Of a DNA stretch of 64,000 nt, positions 41,590 to 54,643 are shown one piece after another. The notes beneath the pieces were generated by a model that saw only the letters and a list, made by a program, of their open reading frames with translations, did no database searches and was not told the origin of the DNA. Made by a program: the position numbers and the translations under genes. Origin of the DNA: Octopus vulgaris (taxonomy: Eukaryota); the NCBI GenBank assembly GCA_951406725.2, contig OX597824.1, forward strand, positions 80,414,001-80,478,000, read 5' to 3'. Each line of letters opens with the position of its first letter. Position 1 is the stretch's first letter.

Positions 41590-41632
<43 letters not shown>

Positions 41633-41637
41633 GCTAT

Positions 41638-41697
<60 letters not shown>

Positions 41698-41861
41698 CAC
41701 CACCGCCGCCACCACCAGCACCAGCACCACCACCAGCACCACCAGCACCACCAGCACCACCACCACTACCACCACCACCAACAACAACAACAGCTCCACC
41801 ACCACCACCACCACCACCACCACCACCACCACCACCACCACCACCACCACTACTACTACTG

Positions 41862-41943
<82 letters not shown>
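41567..41943. repeat. (CTA)n-(CCA)n-(CTA)n compound microsatellite
   Basis: Direct inspection. Confidence 0.95.
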
Positions 41944-42420
41944 GTGGCATTTGACTTCATAGGATTAATTAGACCGATGGTAGAACGAATCTTCTACATC
42001 ATAATTGTAATGAAGGTGGTTTTTGTGGGGGATAAGAATGGTGATGATAGCGATTATGCTGTTGTAGTTGATGGTGGTGGTGGAGGTGGTGGTGGTAGTA
42101 GTAATAAAGGTGATGATGATGGTGACGAGGACTGCAACGACAAAGATAACAACGGATGACGACGACGACGGTGATGATAATGATGATGATGATGATGTCG
42201 ACGACGGGTAGCAGATTTCTTCGTTAACAGAGTAAAACAAGAGAATAATAACAAAGCAACACTATATCAATAACGTTTCTAACACACACTGCATCAGAAA
42301 TGCTAACAACGATGTTATTTCGTATTCCATAGCAGTTTCCAAGTGGCCAATCGGAAAGGTAACAATGGAGTGTGTGTAACTCGATGTAGAATCTAGAATC
42401 AATACTGGAAAAGATTTTCT

Positions 42421-42583
42421 TTAAAGAGCAGCTGTCTGGTGTCTATGGTTCATCAGTGTTTATGGTTCATGGTAAATTCATCGGAATTTACTAGAAAAAA
42501 TTTTGTTTAAAGAGCAACCGTCTGGTGTTTTTGGTTCATCGGTGTTTTTGGTTCATCGGTGTTTATGGTTCGTGGTAAATTCA
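42421..42583. repeat. Two-level minisatellite (about 86-bp unit with 17-bp GGTGTTTTTGGTTCATC subunits)
   Basis: TTAAAGAGCA...GGTAAATTCA occurs twice, with 2 and 3 subunits. Confidence 0.85.
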
Positions 42584-42754
42584 ATGTAGGTAATTCTATT
42601 TCAATAGACAAATTCTCTTTAATTTCATTTTGTTAATGTTATTTCCACATATATTTGATAGGAATTGTAGCCAGCACTGATTCTTGCTATAACATTTCGT
42701 ACCGAGACGTCAGCTGTAAACAAACAATATGACCGGAGACAAAAATATGTAATG

Positions 42755-42803
42755 TGTGTATATACCATATTTCGAGCATTGTTGTCCCTTCATCAGTACT
42801 CAT
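42755..42803 (-). ncRNA. Minimal type I hammerhead-like motif
   Basis: UGAGUA-CUGAUGA-A-GGGACA(ACAA)UGCUC-GAA-AUA(UGG)UAU-A-UACACA. Intact core and AUA triplet. Confidence 0.6.
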
Positions 42804-44159
42804 CTAACACACTCACACTATTGCCTCCGAACACATTGCTTATATAGCCACCGTATATAGAGGTGTTGAGTTATTGGATATACCAATCTACATATTAGAC
42901 TCATTGCCGGGGGCTGGTGTGTGGACATTAAAGGCTCTTTGTTTACATTTAACATTAATGTTTCTTTAATTTCATCGCCTGTTAAGTTCATCTCTAACAA
43001 ATATATCGTCTGTAATTTCATCGTCATACTTTTTATCCGCAGAGTAGAAGCTTTGCTAAATATTATTATAAGGTTTTATTCGCTCGCTAAATACATTGCA
43101 TTTCATTAAAAATTTAAAAGATATTTGAAAACAAAAAGAAAAAAAAGAAAAGAAAACGGGTAAAGAAAAAAACCCCCGATAATTCAGTCCTATGATCAGG
43201 AAATTTTTTCGGAAATCTTGAAACAGGAATAATCAAGAAATGAACTAAAATTCAAACAGCATAGCGCAGGTGCAGAGATTACACATAACAAAAAGCAATA
43301 TTCAACATAGCGTCAATGGATATCAAAATCACGATAATCTAGATTATTTAAGAGGCATTGCTTATAATTCGTCTGTTGGGATTTCATCTCACCTTCAATA
43401 TAAAACAGCAAAATTCTTATCATTTTACTGAATTGTTTTGTTTCTTATTTTAAAAAGTATCTTTGATTTTTTTTTTTCTGTTTTTCGTATAGAAATAAAT
43501 ATGCGTAAAGAAAGACAAAGAGAGAATACACAACGATGGTTATTCGTTTTAAATGGAATACGATGTAATTCCCCTGCGGATTGAATATTTATATAATGTT
43601 TAGTTATATATATTTACGCTGTAGACAAAAATATGATGATAACTTTACAGTAGGGAATATAACGGGAAATAATGTATACAGAATTTCATAATTGTGCAAC
43701 CAGTTAAAGATATCAATCTAGCCGTCTGTCTGTCTTATATACATATATTCATATATCCATATATGTATATATTACGTCATTAGAATTTGGAAACTTCGTG
43801 AGAAAGGAAATAAATCGATTTCAACAGTGATTCTCGAAGTAGGTAAGGCTAGAAATGATAGAGTGTATTTATTGGGTTACGAAAATCCATGCATTGAAAA
43901 AGTCGAAGTTTTAGGTGGGATTCGAACGAAAAAATTCAATAAAATGACAAACGTCTCTACAAATGTAGACAATCATTTATAACGTCACGCACGTTGTTGA
44001 GATAGACAGTTTGTATGATTTTGGGGGCAGTAAAACTCGCTGAGGATAATTAAGTGATATTTTCACAAAGTTAGAAATCGTGACGTTATGGGTATATCTG
44101 GCTTTTCAATTTACGATTCTTTTCGTTATTGGTACGGAGCGTTAGAATTTCTGCTTAGT

Positions 44160-44542
44160 GGAGGTGCAATGGCCCAGTGGTTAGGGCAGTGGACTCGCGG
44201 TCGTAGGATCGCGGTTTCGATTCCAAGACCGGGCGTTGTGAGTGTTTATTGAGCGAAAACACCTAAAGGCTCCACGAGGCTCCGGCAGGGGATGGTGGTG
44301 ATCCCTGCTGTACTCTTTCACCACAACTTTCTCTCACTCTTACTTCCTGTTTCTGTTGTACCTGTATTTCAAAGGGCCGGCCTTGTCACTCTCTGTGTCA
44401 CGCTGAATATCCCCGAGAACTACGTTAAGGGTACACGTGTCTGTGGAGTGCTCAGCCACTTACACGTTAATTTCACGAGCAGGCTGTTCCGTTGATCGGA
44501 TCAACCGGAACCCTCGTCGTCGTAACCGACGGAGGGCTTCTC
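44160..44542 (+). mobile_element. SINE family B, tail B1, with TSD
   Basis: TAGAATTTCTGCT at 44143-44155 and 44543-44555. Confidence 0.97.
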
Positions 44543-44774
44543 TAGAATTTCTGCTCATTTTCCCGATTTCAATTAATGTGTATCAGTGAAAATTAGTGGT
44601 TGTAGTCGTCTTCTGGCAGCTAGTTTTAGCGTGCAGGTGCCATTAGTAGCATCCTTAATTATTAATTAATAATTTGTTACCTTATGGTATTACCTTGGTG
44701 GTTATTTACGCATGCTATACCACTTGATATAATTGTAAACAATAATATCCTTGTAGTAAACATTGTTTCCCAAC

Positions 44775-44968
44775 ATAACATGGCAGTCCTGGTTTAGGAC
44801 TAATGTTGATGTAATTTAGCCCCAGGAGACATCGTCTCCAGCTGGCTATACGACTCGATCCGTGTCCTTATATTTTCGAACAAGGGAATCTAGCACAGAC
44901 ATGATAACACTTCCAATCAGTTAAGATCAAAAGCCATGAGAGCCACTGCCTGGTATTGCATCAGGGCA
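44775..44968 (-). mobile_element. TAA-associated element: probable family F 5' end plus a structured 3' module
   Basis: ACATGATAACACTT shared with the end of family F at 45896-45909; abuts (TTA)n; 44777-44853 resembles the arms of the 58.9-kb foldback. Confidence 0.55.
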
Positions 44969-44980
44969 TTATTATTATTA

Positions 44981-45014
<34 letters not shown>

Positions 45015-45040
45015 CATTATTATTATTATTATTATTATTA

Positions 45041-45128
<88 letters not shown>

Positions 45129-45150
45129 CATCATTATTATTATCATTGTT

Positions 45151-45366
45151 AAGGCGGTTAGCTGGCGGAGTCGATAGCATGCCGCATAAAATGCTTTGCA
45201 GCATTTCATCTGTCTGGACGAAGTGAGTTAAAATTTCATTGAGGTCGACTTTGCTTTTCATCCTTTCGGGATCGATAAAATAAGTACCAGTGAAACACTG
45301 GGGTCGATGTAATCGACTGATTCCTCTGTCCGAACTTGCTGGCTTTGTGCCTATAATAAAAAAGGA

Positions 45367-45368
<2 letters not shown>
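45151..45368 (+). mobile_element. SINE family D (tail type 1) within (TTA)n
   Basis: Head AAGGCGGTTAGCTGGCGGAGTCG and the core motif. Confidence 0.85.
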
Positions 45369-45411
<43 letters not shown>

Positions 45412-45908
45412 GAGTGAGAGAGCAGTTCATGCCATCAAAGTGACACTGGGGTAAAATATACGAAGCCCAATATACCCATCATGACTACCCGTCTGATAAG
45501 GGTACACCAGGCGCATGCATCACAACCATATGTGCGCAACATGGTGATCTCATATCAAGATAAACAGCACATGACCTTGCAGGTGGGGCCCAGTTAGAAT
45601 TTTCTTCAGGTTGAGTAGCCCATCCCGCTCAAACGGTCCCTGAATATGGGTTGTTTAAGGATGTTGAAAAAACCACCCATGTTTCCAGAGGTGAATTATT
45701 CAAACCCCAAAGAATCCCTCTCAACACATGGCTATGATGCTCCCCCACTACTTCTGCTCGTGATCAGAGATGCACATATTGTCAGCCACTAAGGGACATG
45801 GTCAACTGGTTAAGGTCAAACAACTGACAAGCAAATCTGTAGTAATGAACAGAATATTTGCTGTAGCCCATCTTTTATACCAAGACAAACAATGTACATG
45901 ATAACACT
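45412..45908 (-). mobile_element. Family F element, (TAA)n-associated and non-coding
   Basis: 3' 170 bp shared with 21413-21582; 3' end abuts (TAA)n. Confidence 0.8.
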
Positions 45909-45961
45909 TGTACATTGTTTGTCTTGGTATAAAAGATGGGCTACAGCAAATATTCTCTTCA

Positions 45962-46124
<163 letters not shown>

Positions 46125-46927
46125 TTGTTGTTTTTCTTGCTGCTTTTGTTGTTGTTGCTGTTGTTGTTGTTGTTGTTGGTATTGTTGTAGAAGTTAGAAT
46201 GCAATAGTATATTTCAATGAAGGATGGGATAAATTCGCAATTCAGGGTTAAATCACAGACACACGTTCTTTGAAGTTTTATTCCGTTTTCGATTTTTACT
46301 TTCACTTTCTGTATTTACACATGGCCGAGTTTGTCAGAATTAATGATAAGCTCATTGTAAATATTTACCGTCTGTTATGCTTGTGTTCGAAGTGTTTGTT
46401 CAGTGCAGTCCTGTTCTTGTTCCGTGGTGGATTCTTTCCAACTGCAAGCCCAGCCCTTTCAGGTTTAACAATAGATACACAGAGAAATAAAAGAAATATG
46501 CCATTTAATAAATAAATAAATAAATAAGTAAAAACTTTAATAAGATGAAATAAATAACTAAATAAAAGAAATACAAAATAATATGTAAAATACATAAATC
46601 GTAGAGAATTAGCTTTGTTTTCAGAAAAACAAACGATGAAATAAAATGCAAATTACTTCAGGATTTCACACGCATGTAAACATACACACATTCACGAGCG
46701 GAAACACACACATGTAGACACACACTCACACATACAATCACACATTCATACACGGACACACTCACACACAGACACGTACGTGTATACACAGACTTAATAA
46801 AAAATACGACGTAACATTTTATTGAACCTCGTAACTTGCTTAAATAATTGTGTTTTTCTCAACTCTATTTTTCTATTGCATTCATAGTTTCATTGGCAGT
46901 ACCACAGATATACATGCACTCGGTTGA

Positions 46928-47266
46928 GTCGGTACCGTGTCTGTAGATTACCAGTAGAGACGCTGTAGGTTCGCGTACAGTTTCTTTCATTTATGGTTTG
47001 GTCAGGAGGAAGGGTCTGCAAGCATGGACGTTACAGGTTCCTCCGAGATAGGTGATTGATATAAGCATGGGCGTGACAGGTTCCTCCGAGACAGCTGATT
47101 GATAGACACGCAGCCGGCTGCGTCGGTACCGTGTCTATAGATTACCAGTAGAAACACTGTAGGTTCGTGTACAGGTTCTATCTTCTATGGTTTGGTCAGG
47201 AGGAAGGGCCTACAAGCATGGGCGTCACAGGTTCCTCCGAGACAGGTGAGATCGACGTGATTGATA
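46928..47266. repeat. 194-bp tandem repeat with about 42-bp subrepeat
   Basis: GTCGGTACCGTGTCTRTAGATTACCAG at 46928 and 47122; AAGCATGG..ACAGGTTCCTCCGAGA occurs three times. Confidence 0.9.
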
Positions 47267-47791
47267 TAGCTTTTGCATAGCTATTAGTCACCGCTGTAGC
47301 GGGCTGCATTAACACCATCCCTCAAAACCCTATCCGGTGTTAAATAGAACTAACCTCTGTTACTCACCATGTTTATTCTTGATTCATCTGTTTATACACA
47401 GGAGTATGAAACAATAGAAATATTATTATATCTAAGTCTCTTTAAAGGAGACTACGGCAGCGGTATTGGATACTATCAGTTATGGCAGTCCGTAAATATA
47501 AGACTAAAGCTGCCGTTGATTAGCGTCATATTAGCTTGGCGATAACTGCTAGCATGAAACAAGCTTGGCCAGAATTTATCTCCCCAGTCATTATTATACC
47601 CACGACGTGTTTTTTCTGAAGCAAATCTGTATTTCAAAACCTGGAATATTTTCCCTTCATGATTTATAAATTTAGAGCTGCGCTAGCCTATATTCTTCCT
47701 CACCAGTTTATACCTCCATGTATTTTTCATAAATAAGGTAATTTGGAGTAAAAATGTACTGTATTTTGTATTAAGTACGACATAAAGTGAA

Positions 47792-48003
47792 CGGGCATAG
47801 CTCAGTGGTTAGAGCATCGGACTCACAATCATGAGGTAGTGAGTTCAATTCTGGAACCGGGCTGTGTGTTAGATTCTTGAGTAAGACACTCTATTTTCAC
47901 GTTGATTCAGTTCACTCAGCTGTAGAAATGAGTTGCGACGTTACTGGTGCCAAGCTGTGTCAGCCTTTGTCTTTCCCTTGAATAACATCAATGGCATGGA
48001 GAG
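47792..48003 (+). mobile_element. SINE family C2, 5' part
   Basis: TAGCTCAGTGGTTAGAGC A box, GAGTTCAATTC B box and CORE-like TTCTTGAGTAAGACACT. Confidence 0.85.
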
Positions 48004-49062
48004 AGTATTTTTCATCACGGACAAGTGAATTTTGGAAGAGGGTCCTTGCAAATCTGCCAGATAGATGGAAGATCATTGTACAAAATGAAGGAGAGTATAT
48101 TTTAGATTAAAAAAGAACTTTGTTTATGTTAATTTTGAAAAATAAAATAAGATAAAAAGCCACATTATTTATGAGATGACACAATACAATATAGTACATC
48201 TAAAAGAAATTGCGAAATCAAAATTGCTCAGAAATGTAAATTAAATTCAAAGATTACTGAATAATTAAGTTTTTTAGGTAATTTATTTCAATGCCCGCAA
48301 CACTATGAATTTATATGGGTGACTTTTTAAAGAAGTCATGATGTGTTAATAAATCGTATGTTCTACTAGGACAAAGTAATGAAAGCAAATATTGTTCTTC
48401 TGAAAGGTGTACTGTCACGTCAAGACGTGAGGTCAGGTTAAGAGTGAGGTCATCAAAGTGTACAACGAAGTTACACATATACATACTGGTGCTTCTAATT
48501 TTGGTTATCATTGTAAAAGAAGTCTGCGACTGGTATTACTCGGGTTTTTCTTTGAATTTGTGTGATTGCTATAAGTTTTATTCATAATTTTTTTCAAGCT
48601 TTCGCCAATAACGATGTTTCGTTGCACTATCAAGCTGCCCATTGACCTGAAGTCTACTGACAAGATGCAGAACTATTTCCACACTGAGCCAGTCCTGATG
48701 TCCTGCGAATACATCTCATCTTTTGTAAAGACCACTTTTTCGTAGTTTCCAGTAACATTGACAGTGCATAACCTCAGTAGGAATCACTAAAGAGATTAAC
48801 AACGTGTCCGTAGTTTACATTAAGAACTGTTGACGTTTCAACAGGATGGCGTTTCCCAAATGTCAGTAAAGGTCGTGTTAGGTTAAAAAATCCAACATCG
48901 ACAAGATCTTAAGTAACACCTACAAAGCCAACAACCCTATGATGTACACAAATACCACATCAACATCTATTCCTAACCACCCCTGTGATACCATGCGGAA
49001 TAAACCCAGTTACTCTAGTGAGGAAGTGGGGAGCTAAATGAGACCAGATACACAACGGCATA

Positions 49063-49322
49063 AACATAAATAAATGCGCCCCTTTAAAGCCTAGCCAGGC
49101 TCATGGACCCGGTTTCCCGGTTTCAATGGCGTATGTGTTCCCCACCTGGACGGGACGCCAGTCCATCGCAGCGTTACTCATTCTTGCCAGCTGAGTGGAC
49201 TGGAGCAACGTGAAATGAAGTGTTTTGCTCAAGAACACAACGCGTCGCCCGGTCCAGGAATCGAAACCACAATCTTACGGTCTTAATTCTGACACCCTAA
49301 CCACTAAGCCACCCGACTCCAC
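49063..49322 (-). mobile_element. SINE family C with TSD
   Basis: TSD ACACAACG(G/A)CATA at 49050-49062 and 49323-49335. Confidence 0.93.
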
Positions 49323-49903
49323 ACACAACGACATACATCAGGAAAAACCCAGAAATCTAACAATACGTTCAGCTCAATCTGTACCAATGTGAGAAGACGT
49401 CGCAGTAGCTCTGGGTTTAAAATCAAGAAAATATACTTTGATCAATCCTCTGAGCAGTCGCAGCGAAGACGAACGTACAAATCGAAAGGCAATAGTTATC
49501 GATATTTGTGATTCATCTTAAGGCGACAAGCTGGCAAAGTCTTAAGCATATCGTCTGCCGATGTCAACTTTGCCTTTCATCCTTTCCGGGGTCGTAAAAA
49601 TAAGTACCAGTTGAGCATTGGAGATCAATGCAAGTGACTTACACGCCTCCCGCGAAAATGCTTGTCTTGAGCTAAAATTTAAATCGATATTTCTGATCCA
49701 TCTATTATAGACTCACCGGATGTCAGTGGAGAGCGATGGCATCATCGGAGACGGAGTCAAGCTGCGCATCAGCACTGGCACCACTCCGTAGTTCTAATAC
49801 TAACTGAACCAGGACGTTAAGGACCGTATCTGGCTCTGAAATGTCATTGGATGAAGATGGAGTATGAGCAGCTGAGGTATTGCCAAAAACTATTTGAGTA
49901 AGA

Positions 49904-50220
49904 GGAGGCGCAATGGCCTAGTAGATAGGGCAGCGGACTCGCGGTCGGAGGATCGCAGTTTCCATTCCCAGACCGGGCGTTGTGCGTGTTTATTGAGCGA
50001 AAAAACCTAAAGCTCCACGAGGGTCCGGCAGGTGGTGGTGGCGACCCCTGTTGTTCTCTTTCGCTCCAACTTTCTCTCACGCTTTCTTCCTGTTTCTTGG
50101 GTAACGCTGCGATGGACTGGCGTCCCGTCCAGCTGGGGGGGAGCACAAACGCCACAGAAACCGGGAAACCGGACCCATGAGCCTGGCTAGGCTTGAAAAG
50201 GGCGCATAAATAAATAAAAA
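49904..50220 (+). mobile_element. Chimeric SINE B3: family B head plus family C tail
   Basis: First about 195 nt match family B; from GTAACGCTGCGATGGACTGG (50101) it matches the family C tail. Confidence 0.92.
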
Positions 50221-50984
50221 TTTAAATAAGACATGACATTACAGTATCTACAAATCTTGGGTATTCAGTGCAGCGGCTAACATAACGAAAGTACCCGCTG
50301 GCTTGAGCTTTCAGAACTTGGCATATCGTGCTTTATATCTTGAGAATGTGTCAGAGCACTTCAATAGTACAACCAGTGTTTAAACATATGATTTGTTAGC
50401 ATGTACTTCGTTGTCGTCTGCACTTGAGTATTCTGCACTTGAATAGTGTGTACTTAAGCGGTCTGTAATGACATTTAAGATATTATAATTGTCTATTTTA
50501 GTTCATAGGATTGTGTAATCAGAGTGAGAAATAAAATCAAAATTTTATATCTGTATGTATGTTTTTAATTTCTTCCAAATGTATATTCTTTACTACTCTA
50601 AGCACAAGGCCCGAAATTTGATTTTCACATAGTCTGAGGAGAGAGTCTATTTTCGGCTGTTTACACGCTTTCAGGATAGTCACGGACATAGCACATATAA
50701 AGATTATAGTACTGACAGGAACTAATACTACGGAAACCACCAAGAGAACCTCTACGAAGTCGCTCCATCTACAAGAAATGACATATAAATCTTCCTGGCT
50801 GGAAGAAGTAAATTAACCTCAAATTGGAAATTTATCAGAATAGTTAAACTTCACAAAGTATAATCCAATAAAGACACTCAAAGCCAACCATCAGTGTTAA
50901 AAAATGGTGGTTCATATTAGTCCTTCTAATTGATTTCTACAAAAATTGCGTTTACCAAATTTGACTTTCGAGACTTCGGTGAAT

Positions 50985-51177
50985 CTGAAGGGGTGCTGAA
51001 AAGTTCCTGGCCTTCGGTAAAAGAAAATACAGGAGGGTCAGTTAATTATGATTTTATTCAACACATTCACCTCTCAGATTCACAGACTTCAGTTTTTCTA
51101 AATCTTGAAAGTTAGGCCTCCAGTCAGGCCTTTCGCGATACTTTTAATGCCAGGAACTTTTTATGCACCCTCTTGTA
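50985..51177. mobile_element. Mariner-derived MITE, second copy
   Basis: Aligns with 24784-24997; AAAGTTCCTGGC / GCCAGGAACTTT inverted termini. Confidence 0.75.
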
Positions 51178-51359
51178 AAAAAAACAAAAACAAAAAAACA
51201 AACCAAAAAAGAAAAACAGTTGCCTATGGTACGGAGCAGTGGGATTGAACCAGATAAGCAAAAGTTGAGAAGTGAACTTCTTAAACAAATACACAGTCAC
51301 ACCTAGTGATTAGATTTAGTAGCTCTTTCAATGTAATATATCATTCTTCTGAAGATCTT

Positions 51360-51740
51360 AAGGCGGCAGAATCGTTAGTACACCGGGAAAATCCTCAGCG
51401 TCAATTCGCCCGTCTTTAAGTCTTGAGTTCAAATTCCGTCGACGTCAGTCATCCTTTCATCGTTTCGGATTCGATGAAATACATACCAGTTACGCACTGG
51501 GAATTAAGTCATTGACTAGCTCTTCCCCCAAATTTCGGTCCTCGTGTCTTTTAGTAGAAAAAAGCAAAATGGCAGAATCGTTAGCATGCTCGACAAAATA
51601 TTCAGTGGCATTTACTCCGGTTTTAAGTTCTCCGTTCAAATTCTAGCGCGGTCGAATTTCCCTTTCATCCTTGAGCTCTGGGTTGATGTAATCGACTGAC
51701 ACCCTGTTCTAATATTCCTAGCCATTTTCCAAAATTGAAA
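51360..51740 (+). mobile_element. Two degenerate SINE-D copies
   Basis: GGCAGAATCGTTAG heads and CCTTTCATC cores. Confidence 0.7.
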
Positions 51741-51817
51741 CTGTTGTGCCGAAGATGTCAAACAATGCTGAGAGAAACACTATTTAAAACGACAACTTGG
51801 CAGGCTAAGCATTAAAT

Positions 51818-52828
51818 AGTTTTCTACTCTAGGCACAAGGCCAGAAATTTTGGGGGAGGGGAGCCAGTCGATTAGATCAGAGAGGACAAACAAGGAAAGA
51901 TAGACGGATTAAATCGATTATATCGACCGCTGTGCGTAACAATTACTTATTTAATCGACCCCGAAAGGATGAAAGGCAAAGTCGACCTCGGCGGAATTTG
52001 AACTCAGAACGTAACTGCAGACGAAATACCTATTTCTTTACTACCCACAAGTGGCTAAACACAGAGGGGACGAACAAGGACAGACAAACGGATTAAGTCG
52101 ATTATATTGACTCCAGTCTCGTAACTGGTACTTATTTAATAGACCCCGAAAGGATGAAAGTCAAAGTAACGGCTGACGAAATACCTATTTCTTTATTACC
52201 CACAAGGGGCTAAACACAGAGGGGACAAACAAGGACAGACATAGGTATTAAGTCGATTACATCGACCCCAGTGCGTAACTGGTACTTAATTTATCGACCC
52301 CGAAAGGATGAAAGGCAAAGTCGACCTCGGCGGAATTTGAACTCACAACGTAACGCAGACGAAATACCGCTAAGTATTTCTTCCGGCGTGCTAACGTTTC
52401 TGCCAGCTCGCCGCCTTAAAACATAATCTTGTCTACTCTAGGCACAAGGGCCGAAATTTTTAGGAAGGGTCGGGCCGGTCGATTAGATCGACCCCAGTAC
52501 GCAACTGGTACTTAATCTATTGACCCCGAAAGGATGAAAAGCAAAGTCGACCTCGGCGAAATTTGAACTCACAATGTAAAGACAGACGAAATACCTATTT
52601 CTTTACTACCCACAAGGGGCTAAACACAGAGGGAACAAACAAGGACAGACAAACGGATTAAGTCGATTATATTGACCCCAGTGCGTAACTGGTACTTATT
52701 CAATCGACTCCGAAAGGATGAAAGTCAAAGTCGACCTCGGCGGAATTTGAACTCAGAACGTAACAGCAGACGAAATACGGCTACGCATTTCGCCCGGCGT
52801 GCTAACGTCTCTGCCAGCTCGCCGCCTT
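51818..52828 (-). mobile_element. Two nested SINE-D arrays (51818-52417 and 52428-52828)
   Basis: Each is head + n x (body, tail 2) + tail-1 unit; junctions at 52030/1, 52185/6 and 52595/6. Confidence 0.92.
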
Positions 52829-53126
52829 CTAAGTATTAATTAGTGCAGAAGATAGACGTTTTCGAGACCAAGTTTTCTCTGCTCGACTCAACTATTTCTT
52901 GCACTTTACTATTATTTATTTTATTGACCCTGAAGAATAAAAGGCCAAACACTCGTCAGTAGGAATTATGCCCCAAGACTATAAATAGACGTAACCAAAT
53001 GCTACAAGGCGTGTTTTCCAGCACGGCATTCTATCATCCCTGTCACTCTAAGACACTTAGAGATTTTCGTATGTTACAAAACTCGGTCATCTGCGAACCC
53101 CGAACCCAACCTTATTATTATTATTA

Positions 53127-53164
<38 letters not shown>

Positions 53165-53211
53165 TATTATTACTATTTTTATTATTATTATTATTATTAT
53201 TATCATTATTA

Positions 53212-53308
<97 letters not shown>

Positions 53309-53413
53309 TATTGCTGTTGTTGCTGTTGTTGTTGCTATACGGCAACTACATAAATAAACAAAAATTTAAAAATACAGCTTTTCTTTTAATGCCTTAAAAC
53401 CTTTACGAAGATT

Positions 53414-53526
<113 letters not shown>

Positions 53527-53632
53527 TATGTATGTATATATATATATGTGTGTGTGTATTTACTTATTTAGTGTGTATGTATGTGTATATAAATGTATAT
53601 GTAAATATACATAAACATACATATATCTATCA

Positions 53633-53712
<80 letters not shown>

Positions 53713-54643
53713 ATATATATATATATATGTATGTGTATATATATGCATTTATGTATGTATGTATGTATGTATGTATGTATGTATGTATATATGTATAAAC
53801 GCATACATACACGCATACAGACACGTGTTTTTTTTTTTCTTTTAGTAGTTCTCTTAGCTTCCTATAATATTTCTAGGAATGTAAGGTGAGCGTTTGACAT
53901 ATTTATGCCAGAAGAATATCGCGTAAACAGAGAACTATGTTGAAAGAATGGTTAGAGTAAGCAGGGTATCATTTAGCAACTAAAATTGCTTGTTGGTAGC
54001 GACAGCAGTGTCAGCAGAAAGGTGAAGAAGGAAAGAAAGAGAGCGAAGAAATGAATTCTCTGTTATCTCATTTAGCAACTAACACCATATTTACACTATT
54101 TGGAGTTGTGTCAATGAAAATAGGAACAATAATAATTAAAGAAGAACGTACTGGAAAGAGAAATAGAAACAGAGGTGAAAGCATTCAATATGTTTCTGTA
54201 TAAATAAATATAATGGAATAGAAACGGACTAAAAAGCTAATCCGAAAACGGGGTATGTAATTAAATAAATATTACAACACATGGTGTGTCTGTTTTGACT
54301 TGTATTGTCAGTCGTAAGTAAACTTCCGAACGACAAAAGCTACTTAGAAGAGGAATCCCAGGGATGTTTTTGTGAGATTAAATAATCTTCTGTTCCTGAC
54401 GAATGGATCAACCCGAAGACTTAAAGTCTACCATATTTCTGAGCACAAAAACACAAAATTTTTGACGAACCAACGAGGGAACTTCTACGAAGTGGCTGGA
54501 TCTAGTAATGACAACAGCTAAGTTTTATTGTAAAATACTCTACCGTAATTAGAATAACAAGGGAGCATTTTATAATGTAGTCCTAAATACACAATGCCCA
54601 ATGAAACGATGAGATTTGCTAGAATGCTTTTTATCATATATCT

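Noticed and set aside
48330-48960. Possible LINE AP-endonuclease remnant on the minus strand
   Set aside because: Only scattered motif-like words (ILSVDF, VGF) with many stops; not supportable without a search.
49710-49903. Minus-strand 59-codon open frame with a nearby GTGAGT donor
   Set aside because: A stop precedes the donor, no recognisable domain, and it abuts a SINE insertion.
51818-52828. CRISPR-like repeated array
   Set aside because: Units are whole SINE bodies with no unique spacers, the context is eukaryotic and there are no cas genes.
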